From: Klebsormidium nitens
Taxonomy: Eukaryota > Plantae > Klebsormidiophyceae
Length of the DNA stretch: 64,000 bases
Assembly: GCA_000708835.1 (NCBI GenBank)
Contig: DF237273.1
Coordinates: 38,816 to 102,815, forward strand
Direction of reading: 5' to 3'
In this document: positions 38,030 to 48,900 of the stretch, one piece after another
How the letters are laid out: the number at the start of each line of letters is the position of its first letter
Numbering within the stretch: the stretch's first letter is position 1
Notes under the pieces: generated by a model
The model's database searches: none
Told to the model about the DNA's origin: nothing
What the model saw: only the letters and a program-made list of their open reading frames with translations
Program-made: the position numbers and the translations under genes

Positions 38030-38420
38030 CCTTCTAGTTACTACGACGCGGACTGTAAGTTCATGCGCTGGAACTTCGGAAGCTCCGGCGCGACGGCCTA
38101 GCTCATTCAATAATTTCCTAGCTGTCTATATTGAAGGGCCCCGGGCCGGGCCGCGCGCTCAATAATGCCAGTGCAACGCGCACATGATCCGATGAAGACC
38201 CCAACTCGCATGTCGACGTCGTACTGCAATCCGAAAGCATGCATAATTGACACGCTATGTTGCCATGGCATGTGCCTGCCGTCATGGCTATAAGCTGATT
38301 CTATAGTACGTTAATTTGAACGTAGCTATAGAATCCTGTGACGGTACATAGTCGTCCCGGACGTGCGGCCTCTGGACTTGGTCCGATGGATGTATTGCAG
38401 TAATTGCCTCGATCCGGCGA
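38030..38420. other. Palindrome-dense intergenic tract (SpoU/UBC7 convergent spacer) containing a 16-bp hairpin
   Basis: 34-35 four-base palindromes in 38041-38240 (hand count). Hairpin at 38297-38335: GATTCTATAG-TACGTT / AACGTA-(G)-CTATAGAATC. Confidence 0.7.
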
Positions 38421-38988
38421 CAGTTTTTGCATGCATTATACACAATCGGATCACCCAATGATGACACCCGCTGATGCGTCTATTTTGACTCCTAACATGC
38501 AGCACGGAGCTAGCTGTTCAATTGCACATGACCCGCAGCTGCGAACACGGACCGTCCAAACTACATGGTTGGAACCTTGTTCAATGCCAGCATGCTTCAC
38601 TACCGTACTATGTGTGAGTTGCACTGACAGCGCACATGTAGGCAGCGTCCCAAGCACCAAGGATCTGAAACCAGATCTCATTGAGAGGTCGTGCATAGAC
38701 CACTCATGACCACAGGTTCACCAAGTTGGCTCTCGAATGAGGAGTGTTCATTTCCTGAGGAGTGTTTCTTCCCTGTGGCCAACCGGAAGCTAGCCTTGTT
38801 TGCTATCCTATAGAAACTTAACAACGATCTGACTCTACAAGTCTCATTTGGCATGAGCAACAGGTGACCGCATGGTCAACTTGACAAGCTATGGATTCTT
38901 GCGAGCTATGGAACAGTAAAGCTACAGAATGTGAGCACCTGCTGGAGCTGACATCCCGCCAGCAACCAATGGTTGCCAGGCATCCCCG

Positions 38989-41017
38989 TCAGAAGTTCTC
39001 TTGCGATTTCCTCACGATCCGACCAACTTTCTTTTTGAACAGATCCTTGCTATCTCGCCATTCTTTCTGCACAATCACAATGATGAAGACGGGTTGATAT
39101 CAAAGTCGCACAATCAGCACTGGCATAAACAGTACCTCTTGACATAAGCTACCTGGCCCGGTGAACGACATACACTGTTTGACTTGTGAGGCTTCAGAGC
39201 CTGAACTCGTCAGAGCCTTCACTCGTCTCTCCAGTACGGCTAAAAGAACCATCATGCCGCATGCTGCCCGATCGTGGCGGGACGCCAAAAACTCTGAAAA
39301 GTCAGGGGGCCACACAAACATCCATGGAATTGGCCTAACGAGGGCCTCGCAGGGGGCACTTACTGCGGCATCAATGTTCGCGGGCGACTCGTCGTTGGGG
39401 CCGGAGAGCATTGAGATGATGCTCACAAGAATGGTCTCCACCTGCACCATGTGGACGACCCCATCTGATGAGATACTGCCAACGCTTTGCATAGCCAACC
39501 AGAGCTATAAACATGCTGCACTCCGCAAAGTCCAAACCATTTGAGGCACTGAGTAAGCTTCCGAAGCATTGCGGCTGGTCCGACGCATGCCCAGAACAGT
39601 GATAAGTCGTCTAGGCAACCAGGAATGGAGTAGCACGCAGTCCACCTGTGTATGGGTACTCACCGTATGGATGGCTCAACTTCACAAGTAATGATGACTG
39701 GGACTTGCCAGCAGAGCACGCCCCAAACGGCAATCGAAATCACACCAGAGGACTAGGTTGGGCACAAAAACAAGTTAACCTGCATACAGGTACTTACCGT
39801 ATGAACAGGAGACCACCTTTCTGATGCCAGCTCATACCCGTTCGGATCGTCCCCAGGCGCGTGAAGGATGGAGATGCAGACTCGACCATCAGGGTACACT
39901 GCAAATCACCAGGGTTGAATCAACTCAGGCGACTCTGCAGAACGACTTGCTGGGAGCAGCTTGATAAGCTTGCAAGATGGCAAGGACACGGAAATTGGTT
40001 GGAAGAAGCTATGCAGTATCTTTTCCGGGCTCGAGATCAGCAGACGTACCGTTGGGGTGCCACATCTCTGATGTGAACCGCACAGAAGGAGGGTTGTTTG
40101 GATAGTTGTGGGGGAAGCTCATTATGGCATTGAAAAACCTGCAGAAAGGGATAATCAGACAGGATGTCAACCATGGGGAAAAACCTGGTCACTGACTCAA
40201 TTGGCTCACAGAGGACAGGAAAGGAGCACTGCCTCTGGTGCGAAAGAACCGAGATGAAGAATGCAGCACAGTGACGTCCTTCAGCAATTCCAACAAGGGC
40301 AGCAGCTCACCCTCCTTCGTACAGAGTGTCCGGAGGACCTGCACAGGGGCAAAGTCATATATTTAGCTCCATCCTCAGAACAACATGTAATCAGCGATTT
40401 AGACATGCCAGTCAAAGTTGAGGGCTTGGATAACCAATGGTCTATGACGTAATCAAACACCAGGGACCCTAATTAGATTCTTGCAGGAACAGAACCATCA
40501 GTCAGGGGTCTACCATAGGCTGTGAATATGATGAAAGCAACAGGTTAAAGCAACAGGTTCCTCAGACTTCCGGGAGCGTACCGATGATTGTGATGGCCCA
40601 TTCAAACACGTTTGAATCATCCACCAGCCCTGCCGAGAACCCATCAACAGGGTTTCTCATCAACTCTGCATCAGGCAGCGCGAAACAGTGGTGAGAACTG
40701 AAGGCCAGTGGACAAGCTAGGTAAGGCAGCAGACAACCACGCTAAGAAGCACGGAAGCGAAGAAATGTAGATTGCTCCTGAGCGGCTTGGAGACCTTGTT
40801 GCGTGCCCTCACCATTACCAAGATGCAGAAGGTAGGAACCCTGTGATCACAAACACTTCAATCACACAACATTGGAGCTATGCAAAGTGAAGCCCCAGAA
40901 AGTGAAACAAGATAAATCGGTTGCGCTTTAAGGACTACCAAGATGCAAACGGCAGTGGTTCGGTGCCTCACCCTTCAGCTGCTTCCGAAGAAGGAGAGTG
41001 GCTTGCCCCTCCGACAT
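38989..41017 (-). CDS. UBC7: Ubiquitin-conjugating enzyme E2, UBC7/UBE2G1 class
   Basis: [167 protein letters not shown]. The catalytic Cys and the class-specific insertion are present. Confidence 0.96.
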
Positions 41018-41379
41018 CTTCCCAGCCCTTCTTGTCTCACCCCAAATCTGGTCAGCAGGATCTTGCGTCAAGGTGAAGAAAGACAAAGAATGATGAGGAG
41101 AGCTATTGCTCCTGCACAATTGGTATACTCGATGCTTCCTTTTCAATTCCTCAGCAAAAGGTTCTCCACACCAAACCTGCTTGCCCAGAAGAGCTGGATC
41201 TGGCTCTTGTTGTACACAGCTGCGTCGAGCTCCTACGTCCTGTAACCAGCGCTTGAAAGACGAGAATTTGAAGTGCAGATGAGCAAACCCTAATTTAAAC
41301 TCTGCAGCTGGAAAGAAGGTCGTCTCCTCTGACTCGGAGTTGGACTCCTGAAACCAGTGGAACCAGTGCAGTCGTGGAC

Positions 41380-41941
41380 TAGGGTTCGATTCGCACCCAG
41401 GCAGATAAGGCCAACTTTCCAGATAAGGAATCTGAAATTCATTCGCATATAAGCGCAGATTGGTGGATCTGAAAGTTGGAGCATTCGCACATATGCGCAG
41501 ATTCGCGGGTTCAATTTGCGCAACGTTCGCATATGAGGCCAGATTGCTCTGCAGATTCAAGTCGAATCTGAGAAAGCAAAACGACGAGACGACTTTGCCT
41601 GTAGAGCTGAAAGGATAGGCGGGGGGTCCTTTAAGCCCATTTTAGAGTACATTTTCGTACTCAGCCAAGGCAAAATTGTGTACCTTCTCAGTACACCCTG
41701 TGTACATCGTGCGTACCCCAGTACAGTCGACACTTTTATCGTCGAAGTGCAAATTCGAAGCTTTTCCTGGCTTCCAATCCAACTTGTGCTTATCTGATCT
41801 GGAAAACGGCGCAGTTTCGCTTATCTGAAAGCTACCCGGGTTATGCGCAGATCAGATTGGCTTATTTGATCTGAGAAACTTTCAGATCAGATAAGAGGTC
41901 CAATCTGATCTGCAAAATTGCCCGGGTGCGAATCGCCCCTA
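41380..41941. mobile_element. hAT-like foldback/MITE element occupying the UBC7/nucleotidyltransferase divergent spacer
   Basis: Imperfect TIRs of about 24 bp (TAGGGTTCGATTCGCACCCAGGCA versus TAGGGG-CGATTCGCACCCGGGCA). Many CAGAT/ATCTG subterminal motifs in both halves and a central GTAC array. Only a 4-bp flanking direct repeat (GGAC), not a clean 8-bp TSD. Confidence 0.62.
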
Positions 41942-42933
41942 GGACTCGGACTCGGAGTAGATCTGCGGCAGGCTGTTGTCATGACCACTTCGAGAACTTG
42001 GAAGGTTCAAGGGACACGTTGAACAGCAGAATGCTGCCATCGCTGGGGAGCTCTGCTGTTGCTTGCAGCCTGGGCAAAGACGCACTTGTGGCATCTTTCT
42101 CGACAATTGGGTTTGTCAACAGGGTTGAGAGCCTGGTACTGTTGGGACCTGAGAGGGCACTGGACGAGGGGCAGGTCAGGCTTTGCAAACACTAAGAAGC
42201 TGGCGGGACTTCATCGTGCTGGCACTAAGGCAGCTTTCTGCCGCTTGTAAGAGCTCTGAAAGAAACCAGTTCCAGTTCCTTGCGTTTCAGGCCTCGCATA
42301 GCAAGCTGTTGTAACGCTATCGCTGCCTTGAGACGCACTTGCTGAGGCAGCGTTTTGTAAGCCAAAACAGACTTTGAAAAGGTAAGGTTTTGCTGGCCAA
42401 AAGTATAAAAGTTGGAGTGTAGAGATGCCGCCCTAATGTCCTAGCAGTGGCTTGATTTGTAGTGGTCTGCATTGCTTGAAAGTTCTTGATGCTGGTGCTA
42501 GAAGCTATAAGAATATAGATTGCATGCTTTTTGGGCTTCACCAACTTGCATTGCCAGCACATGGCACCTTATCGTGGACCAAGCAAATATGCCCAAGCAT
42601 CAAAGATCCTCACTGTTGATTGTGTTAATGACCGTAGCGTAGGGTCGTGTGTTGCCTTGGTGAGTTCTGTCCATCTATGTCTCTGCTGCAAAGTGCACCT
42701 CCTTCCGCCTGCTCTGCTTATGAGTTGCGGCATGACTACAATTAAGCCGGTGCGCCATGGATGGGAATCGAGTGCCTTCATTGCAGTGACCATGTGCACG
42801 TTGCAAGTGATCTCAGGTCGCTATTATTGGAAGTTGTTTCTGAGCCGATTGATGCAGTTGCATGCGTGGCAGGCTGCCCCGCCAGTGAGTTTGCCCCCCC
42901 TTGGGTGGGCTCAGAGAAGCAGCCCCGGGGAGG

Positions 42934-45900
42934 ATGAGCAGCAGAGCGGAGGTCCAGCCTGGCGGACCCTCCAAGAAACCTAGCAACTCGTCGCCCCCGG
43001 TCGTGTACATTAATGGCTTGGAGGCTGCAAAGGTGCCCCGTGTGCAAGTGCTAAAAGTGCGCCGGAAGCCTGAGGGGGACCTGGCGGAGAAGATCGAGGG
43101 GAAGGTCGAGGGGAGGATCGTGCAAGTGGTGGCGCCAGGGCCGAGTGGGAAGGCAGGGGGCCAAAGAAAGGCAGCGGCCACTTCTGTTGACGGAGGGGAT
43201 AGGGCCCCCAGGGCAACCCTGAAGCAGAGCGCCAGTAGTGAGAGTGTCTCATTGGAAGACAGGGCCGCTGACCGGGCAACGGCCAAGAGTGGCGCTCAAG
43301 TTGCCACCTCAGTTGCAGAAAAGACGGGGGAATCGGAATGTCGCGATCCGAGCGGTCAACTCGCGGCTGCCAGCAGCACAGCAGCTACAAGCCCCGCGTC
43401 GGCGTTGGCGTCGGGGAGGGGCGGCTCAGAGGGGAAAGTGAAGGAGGTGGTTTCGCCCGCCAGGAGTCTGAGGAAAGGAGCAGATGCAGTGCTGCAAGTG
43501 CGTCTTGATGCAGTGCAAGGTCATGACTCGGGTGCTGGGCTGGCAGTAGAGCACACAGCATCCTTCAAAGATGGACAGCAGCTGCGACCGGAAGACGATG
43601 TTCAAGCGAGGGGCCCGCCAAGTCCTGAGAAGCATCATCCTGAGACGGCTCCGCATGAGTCACGAAAGTCAACGGGCAAAGATAAAGCTGCGGGCGATGT
43701 GCCTGTCAGAGCGCATGAGGCCCCGGCAGAGGTGCTTTCCAATGGGGCTGCGGCTGCCTTGAGAATAGAGGAGAGTCAGGGGGCGAGCACAGCGGGGGAT
43801 CGGGAGAGCCTGGCGGACGCGCATCAGCGGATTGATGAGCTGCTGTCCAGGGTGTCACCCAAGAAGCCGGCGGATACGCGGCGGCGGGCCATTGTGAACT
43901 ACGTTTGCAACCTCATCAACAGTTGCTTCCCCGCCGCAGTGAGGCGCCAGACTTTAGGATAGCCGTCTCTTGCGAGCGCTGTGGGGGTTGCGATGGTGTG
44001 CAGACATAGGCCTTACCTTGCCCCATGCCGCCGTGGTGGGGCTTGGGTGTCGCCAGAGTTGTTTTTGAAGAATGGAACTCATGTTAGCGGACTCGGCTGC
44101 AGATTACTGCCATCTTCCCCCACCAAATTCTCCTGTATGTAAGTCGCAGTAGGAAGTTGCGGGCTTCACCTCATCCATGCCACTGAAACCGGGCAACCCT
44201 GACTCGGGGCATTTTCGTTGCAGGTGAGCACGTTTGGGAGTGTCCCGCTTAAGACATACTTGCCGGACGGCGACATTGACGTGGTGGCGTTTGCGTCAGG
44301 CCAGCCGTTCCGCAGCCAGTGGGCCAACGAGGTGCGCGCCGCCCTGGACCGCGAGGAGAAGAAGCAGCAGGCAGAGTTCCGCGTGCGTGAGGTGCAGTTC
44401 ATCCAGGCAGAGGTGAGACCCGCAGTTGGAAGCTCTAAGCACACTTTGCCAGAGGGACTGAAAAGCAGGAGTCTAGGCATACTTTGGGGGCAATTGAAGA
44501 AAGGCTCAACGGAGAGCTTCTGCATTGACGACTAACTCTTCTTCGGCTGACTTTAGCTAGCGTGCATCAAGTAACGTCGGCTGAAGACAAAGATTGTTCT
44601 AGCAAGCGCATCTCATGTCTAGCGTACTGAGACGGATGGTCTCCCACGTGCTTTGTGCAGGTGAAGCTGATCAAGTGCCTGATTGAGAACATTGTGGTGG
44701 ACATCTCGTTCAACCAGCTCTCTGGCATCTGCACACTCTGCTTCCTGGAAGTTGTGAGCCCCGCTTCCCCTTTTCTTACATATTTGCAAGCCTACGTGCC
44801 ATGGTTTGGGGCCAAAGCTAAGATCGTCAGAAGAAAGGGTACAAAGTACGTGGTTCGTAGACAAGGAGACCAACTTGTGATATGCTTTGTGAAAATCGAT
44901 CAGCGCTCGCAGGGTTAGCGTGTTGTCAGACTCTGTTGTCATCTTTCATAAGTACCTGGGTGCTGATTGTTTTCCTTTTCCGTCCTGCAGGTGGACCGTG
45001 AGATTGCGCGGCAGCACCTTTTTAAGCGCAGTGTGATCCTGGTCAAGGCGTGGTGCTACTACGAGAGCCGCATCCTCGGCGCACACCATGGCCTCATCTC
45101 CACATACGCCCTCGAGACACTTGTACTTTACACGTTCCAAGTGTTCCACGCCTCACTCAGCGGGCCTCTCGACGTGAGACACAAAGCCCTCAGTATCGGT
45201 GTCACCTTTCGCACAGGCTTGTCAAGCAGATCTGGTTCTGTGTATCTTCTGTCGCGTTTCTTTATCGATTCAAGCGGGGGGCTAGAAGCACTGAAGTTGT
45301 CCTTTTCTGTTCCTATGCAGGTCTTGTACAGATTCCTGAGCTTCTTCAGCAGTTTCGACTGGGACAAGCACTGTCTCAGCTTGCGGGGCATCATCCCTCT
45401 CTCCTCGCTGCCGTCCCTTAAGGGTGAGGCCCCCTCTACGACCTACATGATTGCGAAGCCACCTGCAATGTTTAGTGACTTATGAGTCCAAAAATAGAGT
45501 TGTCCAGTCTGCCTGTTGCAGCAGGCTCTGGGGTCCGCTTGGGCCTTATCTCATCTTGTTCCAACTGTGAGTCGTATTTCTCACTTGGTACAGCGGAGGC
45601 CCCTGTTGCTGAGTTGGGTGGGTCCCTCCTCCTGAGCGAGGAGTTTCTGACGCGGTGTGTCGAGCGGTTTGCTGTGATTCCGGAGGGGGAGGGCGCCGAG
45701 GCCGGGGGTCGCCCCTTTGTGGCCAAGGCCATGAACATCCAGGACCCACTGCTCTACTACAACAACCTCGGGCGCAGTGTCAGCAAAGGTACGCATCACA
45801 TTCGGACGCCACCTTCAAATGGTCGTATAGGAGGCTGAGACGGTTGTCTCGCCATGTTGACTGTTTCTTCTTCGATATCGATTGGGAAAGGTCCTCGCGA

Positions 45901-48900
45901 AACCACTGCCAGGCTTCATTTTGTTAGTGCACCTGCGACATGGCAGTTTCTGCGGATTCCGGGCTTGATTTTCTCAGGTACCACACAGAGTTCTTGGGAC
46001 TCGATACGAAAGGCTTTCCTTTACGTTTGCTAGACGGGCACTTGTGATTGCACATGTGACCTCAGCCTTATGTGTAGTAGCCAGGCTTGACTGGTATGCT
46101 AACACAACTCGTCGTTGCAGCCAAAGCTCTACAGCAAAGTTGTCACCATCCTAAGGCTGAGCTGCTTTGTTCAATTCGATGCATGGTCCGAGGTGTTTAC
46201 AGTCCCTCCTGCCTGTGTCATCCAGGCAATCTGAGCCGCATCCGCACCGCCCTCAAGAAGGGCGCGGCTACGCTTGGGGGCATTTTGGCAGGGCCTGCAG
46301 AGCGCCTTCTCCCAGACCTGGACCGCTTCTTTGCTAACACGTGGCGCCGCCACGCTACGGGCTTGCGACCAGACGTGGGAGAGCCCCGCCGTAGGGGGCA
46401 CAATCAGAGGGGACCTTCCAGCCCCCTGGCAGCACAGCAGGCTGCGTACGCCAATGGGTACGTTGGCGGGTCGATGTTTGGGGGTGGGGACGCGGATGTT
46501 GCCGGGGGGCGGAACGAGAGAGGGGCGATGTACCCGGAGGTAGGGGCGCCGTTCAGCAGTAGGGAGCTGGCGGAGGCGGCCAGGGCGGTGGCACGTGAGG
46601 TACAGGCGGGCGGCTCGGGGCGGCTCATGGAGAACGGGAGCTCTCACGGGGGGGCGCGGGGGGAGAAAATCGAAAAGGAGGGTAGCCGCGGTTTGCGATA
46701 TCAGAATGGGGGGGAAGATACGGAACTTCCAGGAGAGCACGTGAGGGGGGGCGTCCGTCCGCAGGATGTACCGAGGGCCGAAGTTGTCAGCGGGCGTGCC
46801 GCACTTGGGGTAGAAGCCGGCATCCGAAGTGGGAGACTTGAAGAGCGGGGCAGTTCTCGCCAGCGGCAGGCACAAAGAGACCGATCGCAAGAATCAGGCA
46901 GCCGGCATGCGGGTGGTAGCGCGCAAAGCACTCCGAGCAGCAGCCCCCGAGCGGGCGCGCCTTACCCTTCGGTTGCAGGCCCTAATCAGCATTTCGAGGC
47001 AGGTGCGTCGGGTGCGGTGGTGGACGGCGTGCCATTGTCGTTCTTCGGCGGCCTCCCCAGGGTATCCGGCACCGGCGCCTTCTTCCCTTCCCCCGACGCC
47101 CTCCGCGTGCCCAGTTCGCCCTCCGAGCCCGCCACCGGCCTGCCCTACTGGCTGCTGCAGGCAGCGAGTGCGCTAGGGGGTCCTCATATCGTGGAGGGGC
47201 TCCCCGTAGCTGCGGGCACCCCCCTGGAGCGAAGCCCTGCCGGTAGCGGCGGCGCGCAGCCAGGCTCCCTGCCGCGGCTGGTGGGGGACATTCCTATCCC
47301 TATCGTCAACCTGGAGGGGCCGCCCAGCCCCCGGGTCGCAGTAACCCGCTCGGTTTCCAGGTCCCCCCCCTCTTCCCGCTTGCTCGAACTCCCCCGGGGG
47401 CTCTCGGAGGCCGGAACCCTCGTAACACTTTCCAGCAGGTGTCTTCATCGCCGGCTGCCGGGTGGCTGCCCCCGTATGCAGGGTTTGTGGGTGGCAGCCC
47501 GGCGGAGGGGCTGCCGGGGGGCGTGCCTCTGCCGCCTCCCCTCCAGCTGCCAGAGCCAGCCAGCGGCAGCGGGGCAGAGGGGCACCAGGCAGCGAGGACA
47601 AGCGAGCGACGCATACAAGCGGACCAGGCGGGAGTGCGACATGGGGACGAGGGACGGGGGAACGGAGAAAGGGCACGAGGGTACGAAGGGGAACAGAGCA
47701 GAAGCGGAGCGGTTCCGGGCAGCGCGGGCGGAGGGTACCAGTGGGGGGAGCAAGAGGAGTTGCTGCTGCGGGCCGCAGAGGCAGGGGTGCCGGGGCTGGC
47801 GCTGCCAAGTGGGATGCTGTCCTGGGGCCAGTTTGCCGACCCGCATTTCCATTTGCAGCAGCTACTAGCGAATGGGTATGGGGCCAGTAGCTCGGGCCTG
47901 CAGTATGCAGCGCAGCAGTATGGGGGTTATGCGCCACAGGGGTCGTTCAGCCCGCGCAGTGGGCGGCAGGAGCAGAGGAGCTTTGGGCGCCAAGGGGGGG
48001 CCGGAGAGGGGCAGGGCCGAGAGGAGCGAGGAAGAAGCAGTGAGCGGGATCAACAGGTGCGGGGAGAGCGGGCCGGCGAAGGAACTACGGGGTTGGGAGA
48101 GCATCAGACAGAGGCGATGTCGCCAAGCAGTCGGCGAAAGCACGAAGAGAGCGGCAGAGGGCCATCACGGGAGCGGTCGGTGGATAGGCGCACTGCTGTG
48201 AGCAGCCCGTGCGGGAGCGGAGCGCTTGCAAACGGGATCGCAGCAGCGCAGGGTGGTGCAACGCTGGAACGGAAGGGGAGCATGGAGCGGGGAAGCAAAG
48301 GGGGCTCAGTTCGGCAGGCGTGGGTGGCTAAGGGGGGAGAGGAGGGCCAGGCCGCTGTACGGGATTCGAGCGCGAACGCAACAAGGGAAGGGCAGTCAGG
48401 AAGCACGCATAAGAGCACGGAAGCGGCGAGTGAAGACAGGGCTGGAGTATCGAAGCCACAAGTCGAGGAGAGGGCTTTGGCTGGCCCGGTCGAGAGCAAG
48501 GAGAGCCTGCTTGAAGGAGAGAGAAGCAGACGAGGGGGGGTGGCCGCAGCAGGGGCTGGCAACGGGCGGGGCGCAGGCCACCGGAGGCAGTACAGCGAGG
48601 GCAGCATCGACTTCCAGGCCCGTCAGGCGGTCCCTGCCGCCGCATTTGCAGAGATGGGTACCGCTCCGGGGGCGGACCGCTCCCCTCGCGGCATGGTCTC
48701 AGTGGGCTCCTTGCCTGACCAGCTGTTGTATTGGCCGAATGGCCCGAGCCTCGAAGCGGGCCTGCCGGGGCCGATGCATCTTCCCCCGGGTTCCATGCCC
48801 AACTTCCCTTCTTATTATTTTCGCCGAGAGCAACGGCAGGAGGGAAGAGAGTTTACCCCGGGGGAGGCCAACGGAGAAGCGGCGCACGAGCAGGCCCGGC

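Noticed and set aside
41382-41398. GGGTTCGATTC resembles a tRNA T-loop / B-box
   Set aside because: There is no A-box, cloverleaf or acceptor stem. It is part of the element's TIR and is mirrored at the other end.
44224-44230. Exon beginning GTGAGC directly after the acceptor (recursive-splice-like)
   Set aside because: It encodes the required V-S-T-F-G-S just before the catalytic motif, so coding constraint explains it.
44540-44587. 12-bp intronic stem with two G-U pairs in the nucleotidyltransferase gene
   Set aside because: Too short, with no C/D or H/ACA boxes, and expected by chance in 64 kb.
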